Assembly (NCBI RefSeq): GCF_963921235.1
Contig: NC_086097.1
Coordinates: 234,672,001 to 234,736,000 of the forward strand
Reading direction: 5' to 3'
Length of the DNA stretch: 64,000 nucleotides
Source of the DNA: Mobula hypostoma
Lineage: Eukaryota
Shown: positions 25,326 through 39,217 of the stretch, in pieces
Numbering within the stretch: position 1 is the first letter of the stretch
Layout of the letters: the number at the start of each line of letters is the position of its first letter
The notes under the pieces: generated by a model
Database searches by the model: none
What the model saw: only the letters and a program-made list of their open reading frames with translations
Told to the model about the DNA's origin: nothing
Made by a program: the position numbers and the translations under genes

Positions 25326-25954
25326 GTTGGATGTTATCTTTATGAGGCACTACCCCTTAAAAATGTCCTTGATGGTGGGGAGAGTTGTGCATTTGATGAA
25401 CCTGCCTGAGTCTACAGCCTCTTACAATCCTGTGCTTTGAAGACCCTGTACCAGGCTGTGATGCAACCAGTCAGAATGTTCTCCTCTGTACATCCACAAA
25501 AATTAGTATGAATCTTCAGTGACATAGCAAATCTATGCTAACATTTAATGATTTAAAGCTGCTGGATTGTCTTCTTTGTGACTGTATCAGGCCCAGAATA
25601 GATCCACTGAGATGTTGGCGGCCAGAAACTTGAAGCTGCTTGTCCTTTTCACCACTGACGCCTCAATGAGGACCAGTGTGTGCTCTGTTGACTTCTCCTT
25701 CCTGAAGTCCACAGGCAACTCCTTGTTCTTGCTGATATTCAGTGTGATGTCTTATATTTAGCTGTTGCATAGGAGAACATCATGCTCATATCAGTTTGCA
25801 AACAAAATCTCTTGAACACCCTGCTGCTATGGTCAAGTAGCCTGTGCTCTATAGACAATACTTATAGACAAAACAAATAGACAATGTTTAAAAAGATCTG
25901 ATTTTAATTACAAAATTGATATTCCTTGTAGTTTACACTTAAGCTGTTTTATAT

Positions 25955-26780
25955 TAAGACCATAAGACCATAAGACCATAAGACCATAAGACCATAAGAC
26001 CATAAGACCATAAGACAAAGGAGCAGAAGTAGGTCATTCGGCACATCGAGTCTGCTCCGCCATTTTATTATGAGCTGATCCATTCTCCCATTTAGTCCCA
26101 CTCCCCCGCCTTCTCACCAGAACCTTTGATGCCCTGGCTACTCAGATACCTATCAATCTCTGCCTTAAATACGCCCAATGACTTGGCCTCCACTGCTGCC
26201 CGTGGTAACAAGTTCCATAGATTCACTACCCTCTGACTAAAAAAATTTCTTCGCATTTCTGTTCTGAAAGGGTGCCCTTCAATCCTGAAGTCATACCCTC
26301 TCGTACTAGACTCCCCCATCATGGGAAACAACTTTGCCACAACCACTCTGTCCATGCATTTTAACATTCGAAATGTTTCTATGAGGTCTCCCTCATTCTT
26401 CTAAACTCCAAGGAATACAGTCCAAGAGTGGATAAACGTTCCTCATATGTTAACCCTCTCATTCCCGGAATCATTCTCGTGAATCTTCTCTGTACCCTCT
26501 CCAACGGCAGCACATCCTTTCTTAAATAAGGAGACCAAAACTGCCCACAGTACTCCAAGTGAGGTCTCACCAGTGCCTTATAGAGCCTCAACATCACATC
26601 CCTGCTCCTATACTCTATTCCTCTAGAAATGAATGCCAACATTGCATTCGCCTTCTTCACTACCGACTCAACCTGGAGGTTAACTTTAAGGGAATCCTGC
26701 ACGAGGACTCCCAAGTCCCGTTGCATCTCAGAACTTTGAATCCTTTCCCCATTTAAATAATAGTCTGTCCGTTTATTTAA
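25955..26780 (-). mobile_element. CR1 3' portion with expanded (TGGTCTTA)n tail
   Basis: ORFs 26379-26891 and 26092-26367 match the CR1 ORF2 C-terminus; (TAAGACCA)x7 at 25955-26016. Confidence 0.93.
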
Positions 26781-28655
26781 AGTCTGGTTCTTGTTTGTAT
26801 TAAGGCTGCTTTCCACATAATTCCCTAACTGCCAAACATGTCTCAAATAATCCCTAACACCCACAATGTAGATCATATGACTATGAGACATAGGTACAGA
26901 ATTAGGCCATTCATTCTTGGCTGATTTTCCCTCTCAACCCATTCTCCTGCCTTCTCCCCATAAACTGACACCCTTACTAATTAAATACTTATCAAGCTCT
27001 GCAATAAATTCCATAGGTTCACTATCCTCTGGCTAAATAAATTCCTTCTCTTTTCTGTTCTAAAATGATGTCCCTCCATTCTGAAGCTGTGCCCTCTGGT
27101 CTTTGATTTTCTCTCTGTTGGAAACATCCTTTGCATGTCCACTCTATCTGGGCCTTTCAGTAGTGAGTAGATTTTGGTTAAGTAACTATGTTATTTATGT
27201 CCCTTAACCTTCAGACACTCCAGTATAAAATTGTCTGAACACAATTCCCCTCCACCAGCCCATAATCACCACTCAGCCGACCCTATCATTGGCTGTATTT
27301 AGGGCTGAGGTTAATAGATTCTTGATTAGTCAGGCCACGAAGGGATATGAGGAGAAGACAGGAGACTGGGGCTGAGAGGGAAGTGGATCAGATATGATGA
27401 AATGGTAGAGTGGACTTGATGGGCTGAATGCCCTAATTCTGCTCCTATACCTTATGATCTTATGGTCTTTCAGTCTCTGTCCTCTTCTGTTTCCAAATTG
27501 CTAATCCCCACTTTGATCCAAACTGACTCTTAACTCTTAGTGCTGGGCACTTGAGGCCAACTCCCCCAACTGTCAGGCCTGAGAGCTCTGAAAACTTCCT
27601 CCTGGTTATGGTTGTTGTGGGTGGGGAACTGGAGAGAATATTCATTCTTGCAAAATGTGATGGCCAAGAACCATTCTGTTTACCTCTCTATAGTGACACA
27701 CCCTAGAATTTCTGGGCAATATATCTTTAAAATCCCTAACAGTAATTAAGACCTGAGGTAATGAGGCACAGGTAATATTATTAGTTGGCAGTAACTGACA
27801 ATTATTGAACAGAGTATTGAAAATGTAATTGACTAGTCATGATTTTTTGACAGTGAATATTATTTGAATTGATTGGTCAATATCCAGTGCTCTACTTAAG
27901 GCAGAAGTTCAGAGATTCTTGTTTGTTTAGGACATGAAGGAATACAGGGAGAAGGCAGGAGATTGAGGCTGAGAGGAAAAATGGATCAACCATGATGAAA
28001 TGGCGGAGCAGACTTGATGAGCCAAATGGCCTAATTCTGCTCCTATATCTCATGGTCTTATAGTTTATTCATTTATTTATTTAGAGACGCAACCCGGAAC
28101 AGGCCTTTCTGGCCCAGTGAGCCGTGCAGCCCAGTAACCCACCGATTTATCTCCAGCCCAGTCACAAGACAATTTACATGACCAATTAACCTTCTAACCA
28201 GTACATCTTAGGACTGTGCAAGGAAAGTCATGCGGGAAGAAAGTGCTAGCTTTCTTACAGAAGATGCCAGAATTGAACTCTGACTTCCAACTCCTGAGCT
28301 GTAATAGTGTCATGCTAACAGCTACGCTACTGTGGCGCCCACTCAGTAGGTAGTACGGTCCATGCATTTCAGAGGGAATACGAGCCATTAAAAACTCTTG
28401 AAAACTCTTCAGCAATTTCAACAACATGAAATCACTCAGCCTCTCACAGTTCAATAGCAAGTAGTGCATTCATCTTACTTCTTTTGACATGGAAATTAGC
28501 CTTACATTTTTAAACAAGAAGATATTTTTCTTTCACATTTCTTTCTCACTTATTGCAAACTATTTCCTCTCTATTTCCACTTTCCACTGAATTCCACGGA
28601 GTGAATTCATCCTCTCTGAATTATAGTTTTTCCTTAGCCACCAAGCTGTTAATTT

Positions 28656-29396
28656 CACAAACACGAGGAATTCTGCAGATGCTGGAATTTCAAGCAACAC
28701 ACATAAAAGTTGCTGACAAACGCAGCAGGCCAGGCAGCATCTCTAGGAAGAGGTACTGTTGACGTTTCGGGCCGAGACCCTTCGTCAGGACTAACTGAAA
28801 GAAGAGCTAGTAAGAGATATTAAAGTGGGAGGGGGAGGGGGAGATCCGAAATGATAGGAGAAGACAGGAGGGGGAGGGATGGAGCCAAGAGCTGGACAGG
28901 TGATTGGCAAAAGGGATACGAGAGGATCATGAGACAGGAGGCCCAGGGAGAAGGAAAAGGGGGAGAGGGGAAAACCCAGAGGATGGGCAAGGGGTATAGT
29001 CAGAGGGACAGAGGGAGAAAAAGGAGAGAGAGAAAAAGAATGTATGTATATAAATAAATAACGGATGGGGTACGAGGGGCAGGTGGGGCATTAGCGGAAG
29101 TTTGAGAAGTCAGTGTTCATGCCATCAGGTTGGAGGCTACCCAGACGGAATATAAGATGTTGTTCCTCCAACCTGAGTGTGGCTTCTTCTTTACAGTAGA
29201 AGAGGCCGTAGATAGACATGTCAGAATGGGAATGGGATGTAGAATTAAAATGTGTGGCCACTGGGAGATCCTGCTTTCTCTGGCGGACAGAGCATAGGTG
29301 TTCAGCAAAATGATCTCCCAGTTCTGCGTCGGGTCTCGCCAATATATAGAAGGCCGCATCAGGAGCACTGAACACAGTACATCACCCCAGCCAACT
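28656..29396 (-). mobile_element. 5'-truncated Penelope-like element (GIY-YIG endonuclease remnant, pyrimidine-rich 3' UTR, pLTR) with 14-bp TSD
   Basis: CAAGCTGTTAATTT at 28642-28655 and 29397-29410; ..LYIGETRR.. (other frame), LGDHFAEHL..PVATHFNS..RLEEQHLIFRLGSLQPDGMN. Confidence 0.92.
28757..28793 (-). ncRNA. Minimal type I hammerhead ribozyme motif in a PLE pLTR (stem I partly mismatched)
   Basis: Minus strand AGTC-CTGACGA-A-GGGTCTCGGCCC-GAAA-CGTC-AACA. Confidence 0.7.
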
Positions 29397-29589
29397 CAAG
29401 CTGTTAATTTTGCAGTCATTTAATCTACGGTAAGTGGTTAAAAGACAGTCAGTGTTACTTGAGCTTTTCATAGGTCTCAGAAGCAACACACACAAAATAC
29501 TGGAAGAACTCAACAAGTCAATGAACTGTTCAACCAATGTGGACTCCATTCCACTAACAAGCTCCATTCCACTAACAAGGTCACATCAA

Positions 29590-30200
29590 CTTCAATCATC
29601 AAGCTACAGAAAGCAGATGATGCTTGCTTATACGCACACTTGGAGACCAAACTCTAAATTATTATTAACCACTTCAATGAAGTATTTATATGCCTGGGAC
29701 TTACATTCAACAGCCAAGCGACAAAGGGCATCTATCAACCTATCCCAACCCCCAATCCTACATTACAAAACTAATCATTGACAATGATGGTCTCAGTTGG
29801 GACTGTGGAAAATGTGGACTATTTTGGTAGCTGCCTCTTGTAGGTCAGTGATGAGGTTTATTGGTGCCTTCATGAGCCAGCAAAACATTTGGCAATGTGG
29901 AAAAAGATATTGTGCTTGGAAACTCAGCCTTGCAGAAAAGTTTTGGTCTGATTGGTAACTCATCCTCCTGTAAGATTCTGAGGCTTGGACAGCCAACAGT
30001 AGCCATATCAAAGCACAGGAGAGATGTCATAAATGTTGACTTTGCATCATCCTCCAAATCTACTGACAGGATATGCAAACCAGTATCAGCATCTCCTTCC
30101 AGGCCAAAATTCTCTAATATTTTCTGACACACTCAGTCTGTTCTGATAGGCAGACGATGTTGATTGTGTGTACAACACCAAACATCAAAAACAGACACCT
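29590..30200 (+). mobile_element. Highly degenerate RTE-like LINE RT fragment
   Basis: ATCAAGCTACAGAAAGCAGATGATGCT ~ I.LQ(Y)ADDA; GACTATTTTGGTAGC ~ (Y)LGS motif. Confidence 0.45.
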
Positions 30201-30683
30201 GAAAGCAATAACTACAGATAAAAAGGCAAATTAAAAACTGAAAATACTGAACATGCTCCACAGGCCTAGAAGCATGTATGGTGAGAGCAATGAGTGTTAA
30301 TATTATCTCGGACATCTTCAAGGAGTGATGCCTCAGGAGGGTGGCATCAATCATTAAGGTCCACTATCATCCAGATCATGCATTGTTCTCATCGTTACTG
30401 TGAGGAAAGAGGTACAGAAGCCTGAAGACACACACTATGTGATTCAGGAACTGCTTCGTCCCCTCTGCCATCTGATTTCTGAATGGACATTGAACCCATC
30501 AACACTACCTCACTACTTCTTTAAATTTCTATTTTTGCACTACTTATTAAATTTAACTATTTAATCTATATATCTTTACTGTAATTCACATGTTTGTATC
30601 TATTATTATGTTTTGTATTGTACAACTGCTACAAAAAGCACATTTCATGACATATGCCCATGATATTTGAGGAGAGGGGCATT

Positions 30684-31646
30684 ATGACTGTGAGGGCAGT
30701 TTGTTGTTCTCGGTGTCGGATGTGGGAGGCCCTGGAGTCTCCAAGCCTCCCGGACGTCCACATCTGCGCCAAGTGCATCGAGATGCAGCTCCTAAGGGAC
30801 CGCGTTACGGAACTGGAGCTGCAGCTCGATGACCTTCGTCTGGTCAGGGAGAGTGAGGAGTTGATAGAGAGGAGTTACAGGCAGGTGGTCACGCCGGGGC
30901 CACGGGAAGCAGACAAGTGGGTCACGGTTAGGAGGGGGAAGGGGAAAAGTCAGGTAATAGGGAGTACCCCGGTGGCTGTGCCCCTTAACAACAGGTACTC
31001 CTGTTTGAGTACTGTTGGGGGGGACAGCTTACCCAGGGGAAGCGACAGTGGCCGTGCCTCCGGCACAGAGTCTGGCCCTGTAGCTCAGAAGGGTAGGGCA
31101 AGAAAGAGGAGGGCAGTTGTGATAGGGGACTCAATAGTAAGGGGGTCAGATAGGTGATTCTGTGGACGCAGTCCAGAGACCCGGATGGTAGTTTGCCTCC
31201 CTGGTGCCAGGGTCCGGGATATTTCTGATCGTGTCCAAGATATCCTGAAGTGGGAGGGTGAGGAGCCAGAGGTCGTGGTACATATAGGTACCAATGACAT
31301 AGGTAGGAAAAGGGATAAGGTCCAGAAAGGAGAATATAGGGAGCTAGGAAGGGAGTTGAGAAAAAGGACTGCAAAGGTAGTAATCTCGGGATTACTGCCT
31401 GTGCCACGCGACAGTGAGAGTAGGAATGTGATGAGGTGGAGGATAAATGCGTGGCTGAGGGATTGGAGCAGGGGGCAGGGATTCAAGTTTTTGGATCATT
31501 GGGACCTCTTTTGGCGCAGGCGTGACCTGTACAAAAAGGACGGGTTACACTTGAATCCTAGGGGGACCAATATCCTGGCAGGGAGATTAGCGGGGGCTAC
31601 TGAGGGGACTTTAAACTCGAATGGTTGGGGGTGGGAATCAAATTAA
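30684..31646 (+). pseudogene. CR1 ORF1p: zinc finger/leucine zipper + SGNH esterase, with one premature stop
   Basis: CxxC..CxxC then leucine heptads; VIGDSIVRG, CLPGARV, VVVHIGTND, DGLHLN; in-frame TGA at 31155-31157. Confidence 0.9.
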
Positions 31647-34600
31647 AGAGGCTAGGCGTGAGGAGGTTAGTTCACAACAGAGGGATGGGAACCAGTGCAG
31701 AGAGACAGAGGGGTGTAAAGTGAGGGTAGCAACAAAAAGTACTAAGGAGAAAAGTAAAAGTGGCAGGCCGACAAATCCAGGGCAAGCATTAAAAAGGGCC
31801 ACTTTTCAACATAAATGTATAAGGGCTAAGAGAGTTGTAAAAGAGCGCCTGAAGGCTTTATGTGTCAATGCAAGGAGCATTCGTAATAAGGTGGATGAAT
31901 TGAAAGTGCAGATTGTTATTAATCATTATGATATAGTTGGGATCACAGAGACATGGCTCCAGGGTGACCAGGGATGGGAGCTCAACGTTCAGGGATATTC
32001 AATATTCAGGAGGGATAGACATGAAGGAAGGGGAGGTGGGGTGGCATTGCTGGTTAAAGAAGAGATTAACGCAATAGAAAGGAAGGACATAAGCCGGGAA
32101 GATGTGGAATCGATATGGGTAGAGCTGCGTAACACTAAGGTGCAGAAGACGCTGGTGGGAGTTCTGTACAGGCCACCTAACAGTAGTAGTGAGGTCGGAG
32201 ATGGTATTAAACAGGAAATTAGAAATGTGTGCAATAAAGGAACAGCAGTTATAATGGGTGACTTCAATCCACATGTAGATTGGGTGAACCAAATTGGTAA
32301 AGGTGCTGAGGAAGAGGATTTCTTGGAATGTATGCGGGATGGTTTTTTGAACCAACATGTGGAGGAACCAACTAGAGAGCAGGCTATTCTGGACTGGGTT
32401 TTGAGCAATGAGGAAGGGTTAATTAGCAATCTTGTCGTGAGAGGCCCCTTGGGTAAGAGTGACCATAATATGGTGGAATTCTTCATTAAGATGGAGAGTG
32501 ACATAGTTAATTCAGAAACAAAGGTTCTGAACTTAAAGAGGGGTAACTTTGAAGGTATGAGATGTGAATTAGCTAAGATAGACTGGTAAATGACACTTAA
32601 AGGATTGACGGTGGATATGCAATGGCAAGCATTTAAAGGTTACATGGATGAACTACAACAATTGTTCATCCCAGTTTGGCAAAAGAATAAATCAAGGAAG
32701 GTAATGCACCCTTGGCTGACGAGAAATTAGGGATAGTATCAATTCCAAAGAAGAAGCATACAAATTAGCCAGAGAAGGTGGCTCACCTGAGGACTGGGAG
32801 AAATTCAGCGATCAGCAGAGGAGGACAAAGGGCTTAATTAGGAAGAGGAAAAAAGATTATGAGAGAAAACTGGAAGGGAACATAAAAACGGACTGTAAAA
32901 GCTTTTATAGTTATGTAAAAAGGAAAAGACTGGTAAAGACAAATGTAGGTCCCCTGCAGACAGAAACAGGTGAATTGATTATAGGGAGCAAGGACATGGC
33001 AGATCAATTGAATAATTACTTTGGTTCTGTCTTCACTAAGGAGGACATAAATAATCTTCCAGAAATAGTAGGGGACAGAGGGTCCAGTGAGATGGAGGAA
33101 CTGAGTGAAATACATGTTAGTAGGGAAATGGTGTTAGGTAAATTGAAAGGATTGAAGGCAGATAAATCCCCAGGGCCAGATGGTCTGCATCCTAGAGTGC
33201 TTAAGGAAGTAGCCCAAGAAATAGTGGATGCATTAGTGATAATTTTTCAAAACTCGTTAGATTCTGGACTAGTTCCTGAGGATTGGAGGGTGGCTAATGT
33301 AACTCCACTTTTTAAAAAAGGAGGGAGAGAGAAACCGGGGAATTATAGACCGGTTAGCCTAACGTCGGTGGTGGGGAAGCTGCTGGAGTCAGTTATCAAG
33401 GATGTGATAACAGCACATTTGGAAAGCGGTGAAATGATCGGACAAAGTCAGCATGGATTTGTGAAAGGAAAATCATGTCTGACGAATCTCATAGAATTTT
33501 TTGAGGATGTAACTAGTAGGGTGGATAGGGGAGAACCTGTGGATGTGGTATATTTGGATTTTCAAAAGGCTTTTGACAAGGTCCCACACAGGAGATTAGT
33601 GTGCAAACTTAAAGCACACGGTATTGGGGGTAAGGTATTGGTGTGGGTGGAGAATTGGTTAGCAGACAGGAAGCAAAGAGTGGGAATAAACGGGACCTTT
33701 TCAAAATGGCAGGCGGTGACTAGTGGGGTACCGCAAGGCTCAGTGCTGGGACCCCAGTTGTTTACAATATATATTAATGACTTGGATGAGGGAATTAAAT
33801 GCAGCATCTCCAAGTTTGCGGATGACACGAAGCTGGGTGGCAGTGTTAGTTGTGAGGAGGATGCTAAGAGGATGCAGGGTGACTTGGATAGGTTGGGTGA
33901 GTGGGCAAATTCATGGCAGATGCAATTTAATGTGGATAAATGTGAAGTTATCCACTTTGGTGGCAAAAATAGGAAAACAGATTATTATCTGAATGGTGGC
34001 CGATTAGGAAAAGGGGAGGTGCAACGAGACCTGGGTGTCATTATACACCAGTCATTGAAAGTGGGCATGCAGGTACAGCAGGCGGTGAAAAAGGCGAACG
34101 GTATGCTGGCATTTATAGCGAGAGGATTCGAGTACAGGAGCAGGGAGGTACTACTGCAGTTGTACAAGGCCTTGGTGAGACCACACCTGGAGTATTGTGT
34201 GCAGTTTTGGTCCCCTAATCTGAGGAAAGACATCCTTGCCATAGAGGGAGTACAAAGAAGGTTCACCAGATTGATTCCTGGGATGGCAGGACTTTCATAT
34301 GAAGAAAGACTGGATGAACTGGGCTTGTACTCGTTGGAATTTAGATTGAGGGGGGATCTGATTGAAACGTATAAGATCCTAAAGGGATTGGACAGGCTAG
34401 ATGCAGGAAGATTGTTTCCGATGTTGGGAAAGTCCAGAACGAGGGGCCACAGTTTGAGGATAGAGGGGAAGCCTTTTAGGACCGAGATTAGGAAAAACTT
34501 CTTCACACAGAGAGTGGTGAATCTGTGGAATTCTCTGCCACAGGTAACAGTTGAGGCCAGTTCATTGGCTATATTTAAGAGGGAGTTAGATATGGCCCTT

Positions 34601-34651
34601 GTGGCTACGGGGGTCAGGGGGTATGGAGGGAAGGCTGTGGCGGGGTTCTGA
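31621..34651 (+). pseudogene. CR1 ORF2p (APE endonuclease + reverse transcriptase), disrupted
   Basis: VNARSI, GITETWL, GDFN, SDHN (APE); 558-aa open RT/C-terminal frame 32975-34651 with FADD; TAA at 32587-32589 and a frameshift near 32720. Confidence 0.95.
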
Positions 34652-35134
34652 GTTGGAGGATTAGCCATGATCATAATAAATGGCGGTGTAGGCTCGAAGG
34701 GCCGAATGGCCTACTCCTGCACCTATTTTCTACGTTTCTCTATTAAACCTGGTTCTGATTCTGATTTCAGGTTTTTTTTTGGCTGTCCATCTTTGAACTG
34801 AAATGTTAATTCTCCATAGATGCTGCCCAATCTACTTAGTATCTCCATCATATTCTATTATTTTTACCAGAGCAGACAATATTCAGACTTCTGTTATGGT
34901 GAAAGATTACCAGAAGCATAGGAGAAATGTTTTGAGGATTTTCTCCAAGTCTCTTGAGAAAGAATAACATCCTCACCAATATGTGGCAATTCTCTGCCTG
35001 CTCAGAATAAAGCAGGAATAGCTGGACTAATGTTAAGGACTGGGAGACTGTGTGTTGGGAGCGTCTGGAAAAGACAAACTCAAAATCAAAGTTGAGTTTA
35101 TTATCATACCTATGCATGGATATAAGACCATAAA

Positions 35135-35562
35135 TATAGATAGATGGATCCCAAAGGAAATTACAGTGTCACAGTAGCACTACAAGTGCACAGATATACA
35201 AATATACAAATATTAGAAGAGAAGTAAGAAAAAAATACAAAAATAAGTTACTTCAAACAGTCTAACAGGAGGGGGTCATCATTTCCCTGTCTATAGATTG
35301 CTCATTACAGAGCCTAATGGCCGAAGATAAGGATGAACTCATAAAGTGTTCTTTGGAGCAGTGCAGTTATCTTAGTCTATTATTAAAAGTGCTCCTCTGT
35401 TCAGCCAAGGTGGCATGCACAGGGTAAGAAACATTGTCCAGAATTGCCAGGATTTTTCGTAAGGTCTTTTGTTCCACCACAGCCTCCAGTGTGTCCAGTT
35501 TGACTCCTATAACAGAGCCAGCCTGTCTAATCAGTTTATTGAGCCTGTTGGCATCATCCATG
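35135..35562 (-). mobile_element. Rex1/Babar-like LINE 3' end
   Basis: DANRLNKLIRQAGSVIGVKLDTLEAVVEQKTLRKILAILDN. Confidence 0.8.
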
Positions 35563-35569
35563 GCATAAC

Positions 35570-38210
35570 ATCATATAGGAGAGGAATTAGGCCATTTGGC
35601 CTATCAAGTCTGCTCACCATTTCAGCATGATTGATAGAACTCTCCGCTCAGCCCCAATCTCCTTCCTTCTCCCCTTATCCCTTCATGCCCTGAGCAATCA
35701 AGAATCTATCAACCTCTGCCTTAAATATACATAAAAACTTGGCTTCCACAGCTGACAGTGGCAAAGAATTCTACAAATTCACCACTCTCTGGCTAAAGAA
35801 TTTCCATTTCATCTCCAGTGTAAAAGGCTGCCCCTCTATTCTGAGGCTGTGTCTTCTGGTCTTAGAACTTCCCACCATAGGAAACATCCTCTCCTCATCC
35901 ATTCTATCCAGGCCTTTTACCATTTGATAGGTTTCGATGCGATCACCTCTCATTCTTCTCAATTCCAGTAAATACTGGCCTAGAGCCATCAAACGCGCTT
36001 CATAGGACAGGCCATTCATCCCTGGAATCATTTTTATGATTCCCCTTTGAACCGTCTCCAGTTTCAGGACATACTTTCTCAGATAAGGGGTTCAAAACTG
36101 GTCACAATACTCCAAGTGAAGCCTCACCTGTGCTTTATAAAGTTTCACCATTACATTTTTGTTTTTATATTCTATTCCTTTGGAAATGAATGCTTAATTT
36201 GCATTTGCCTTCCTCGCCACAGTCTCAACCTGCAAATAAACCTTTAGGGAATCCTACACAAGGACTCCCAAGTCCCTTTACACCTCAGTTTTTATGTATT
36301 TTCTCTCTAATTAGAAAATAGTCAACCCTTTCATTTTTTCTACCAAAGAGCATGGCGATACAATTTCAGAGACAGTATATTCCATCTGCCATTTCTTTGC
36401 CTGCTCTTCTAATCTGTCTAAGTCCTTCTGTAGCCTCTCTACTTCCTCAAAATTATCTGCTCCTCCAACTATCTTCATATCATCTGCAGACTTTGCAACA
36501 AAGCCATCAATTCCATCATCCAAATCATTGACATATATTGTAAAAAAAAATCAGTCCCAACACAGATCCCTGATAAACACCACTAGTCACCAGCAGCCAG
36601 CCAGAGTAGGCTTCCTTTATCCCCACTCTGTACCTCCTGCTGCCCAGCCACTGCTTTATCCATGCTAGAATCTTTCCCGTAATACCACGGGCTCGTAACT
36701 TGTTAATCGGACTCACCTGCGGCACCTTGTCAAAGGCCTTCTGAAAATCCAAGTACACAACATCAAATGATTCTCTTTTGTCTATCCTGCCTGTTCAAAG
36801 AATTCCAACAGATGTGTCAGGTGAGATTTTCCCTTGAGGAAACCATGCTGACTAAGGCCTGTTTTATCATGTGTCTCCAATTACCCTGAGACCTCATCCT
36901 TAATAATTGACTAAGCATCTTTCCAACCACTAAGGCCAGACTATGGTTTCCTTTCTTCTATCCTTCCCCCATCTTGATGAATGAAGAAATTTGCAATTTT
37001 CCAGTCTTCTGGAATCATTGCAGAATCTAGTAATTCTTGAAAGGTCATTACTAATGCTCCCATGATCACTTTAGACACCTCTTTCAGAATTCATGCCATC
37101 TGACAGCTGGAATTTGCACCATACTACTAGTGTCTTCCACAGTGAAGACTGATGCAAGACAGTTATTTAGTTTTGTCCACCATTTTATTGTCTTCTCCGA
37201 CATCATTTTCCAGCAGTTCAATATCCAGTCCCACCTCTCTTTTAGCCTTTACGTATCTGAAGAAACTTTTGTTATCTTCTTTAATATTATTGGCTAGCTT
37301 ACTTTCGTATTCTACCTTTATCTTCTTAATGACTTTCTTAGTTGCCCTCTGGTGGCTTTTAAAAGCTTCCCAATCCTCTAACTTCCCACTAATCTTTGCT
37401 TTATTTTTCGCTGTCTCTTTAGCTTTCATGTTGGCTTTGACTTCTCCTGTTAGCCACGGTTGTGTCATTTTTCCTTTACGATATTTTTTCCCTCTTTGGG
37501 ATGTTTATATCCTGAGCCTTCTGAATTGTTTTTAGAAATTCCAGCCATTGCCGCTCTGCCATCATCCCTGACAGTGTTTTTTTCCAATCAATTCTGGCAG
37601 ACTCCTCTCTCATACCTCAATAATTGTCTTTACTCCACTGTAATACTGATACATCTGTCTTTAGATTCTCCTTCTTAAGTATCAGGGTGAACTTCATCAT
37701 TTATGATCACTTACCCTTGGGTTCTTACACCTTAAATTCTCTAATCAATTCTGGTTCATTGTGCAACGCCCAATCCAAAATAGCTGATCCCCTTGTGGGA
37801 GCAATCACAAGCTGCTCTAAAAAGCCATCTCATAGGCATTCTAGAAATCCACCCTCCTGGAATCCACCTGATTTTCCCAATCTACCCGCATATTGAAGTC
37901 CCCCATGACTATTATAACATTGCCCTTTTGGCATTCATGTTCTATCACCCATTGTAATTTGTAGGCCACATCCTTACTACTGTTTGGGGGTCTGTATACA
38001 ATTCCCATCAGGTTCTTTTTGCCCTGGCAGTTATTTAGCTCTATCCAGAATGATTCAACTCTTTCCAATCATTTGTCGTCTCCTAATGATTTGATTTCAC
38101 ATTTTATCAACAGAGCAACACCACCTTCCTGCCTGTCCTTTTGATACAACGTGTATCCTTGGACATTAAGCTCCCAGCTATAATCTTTCAGCCATGATTC
38201 ATCATGGCCA
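35570..38210 (-). mobile_element. Older CR1 LINE, heavily disrupted ORF2
   Basis: Fragments VESFWIEL..GIVYRPPNSS..MGDFN, YLDFQKAFDKV, KSADDMKI, IPGMNGLSYE. Confidence 0.9.
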
Positions 38211-39217
38211 TAGGCCTCTCCACCATTAAGAAGATCTTCAAATAATAACAATAATTACTGATTGATCCCGAGTGGGAAATTCTTCTGTTTCAGCCGCAAC
38301 ATTTAAAAATGCACTTGGAAGTGTGCAGACTTAACTAATAATAAAGTACAGAATAATAATATGCACAATAATAATTTACCAATGTGGAATAATTTGGAAT
38401 AATGTGCAATAATAACGTATAAAATACTAAAAAAGGGACTATTGTACTATGATATGTGTTCTCCTGTCACACAGAGATGAACTGTTGCATATGCTTATTG
38501 CATTTGGAAGGAAAGATCTTCTGTAACGATCCTTGTGACAGCAGAGCTGTGCGAAAGGGTGCTCCATTGCTTATTCAGTAGTCATGGAGAGGATATACCA
38601 GATTGTTCATAACAGATAACAGTTTGTTTAGTGACCTCATCTCCACTGCTAGCTCAAAAGAGTCCAGGCTTTCGCCAAGGATGGATCTAGATTTTTACTC
38701 AGTTTACTTTAGGCGCCTCAAGAAATGGTATCCATCATGAAGGATGTGCTGTCCTCTCATTACTATCATGAGGGATGAGGTACAGAAGCCTGAATGAATC
38801 ACACTCAGTGTTCTGTCCCCTCTGACATCAGATTTTAGAAAAGTCCGTGAATTCATAAACATTACCTCAATTTCCATTTTTGCACTACATTTATTTTTTA
38901 TTACCACTTGTAGTAATTTGTTATGCCTGCACAGTACTGCTGCCACAAAACAACACATTTCTGTCTGTTGTGTCTGTGACAATAAACCTGATTCTAATTT
39001 TGATTCTGATTCTGACATGTAAGCAATGCATAATAAAAAATTACTTGCAGCAGCATCACTGGCGCATATCGCCAAAGATATAACAGAACACAAAGAAACA
39101 TAAAGTAAACGAAATTATACAAGAGAAAAAAACACAACTAGATCAAAATTATTCATTATTGTGCAACGTGGTCAAAGTGATCATAACATTGCTATACTGA
39201 GGGAGAGATTAGGTTTT

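Larger units (their letters stand above)
30668..34740 (+). mobile_element. Near full-length CR1 LINE inserted in the tail of a Rex-like remnant (30311-30667 / 34741-34767)
   Basis: ORF1 and ORF2 present; host tail ..CATGATATT|AAACCTGGTTCTGATTCTGA split, with TATT duplicated (30664-30667, 34741-34744). Confidence 0.96.

Noticed and set aside
25955..26016. Regular 8-bp tandem repeat resembling an array
   Set aside because: Expanded CR1 3' tail with no spacers; not CRISPR
29544..29579. 18-bp tandem duplication CTCCATTCCACTAACAAG x2
   Set aside because: Isolated slippage-type duplication beside a decayed LINE
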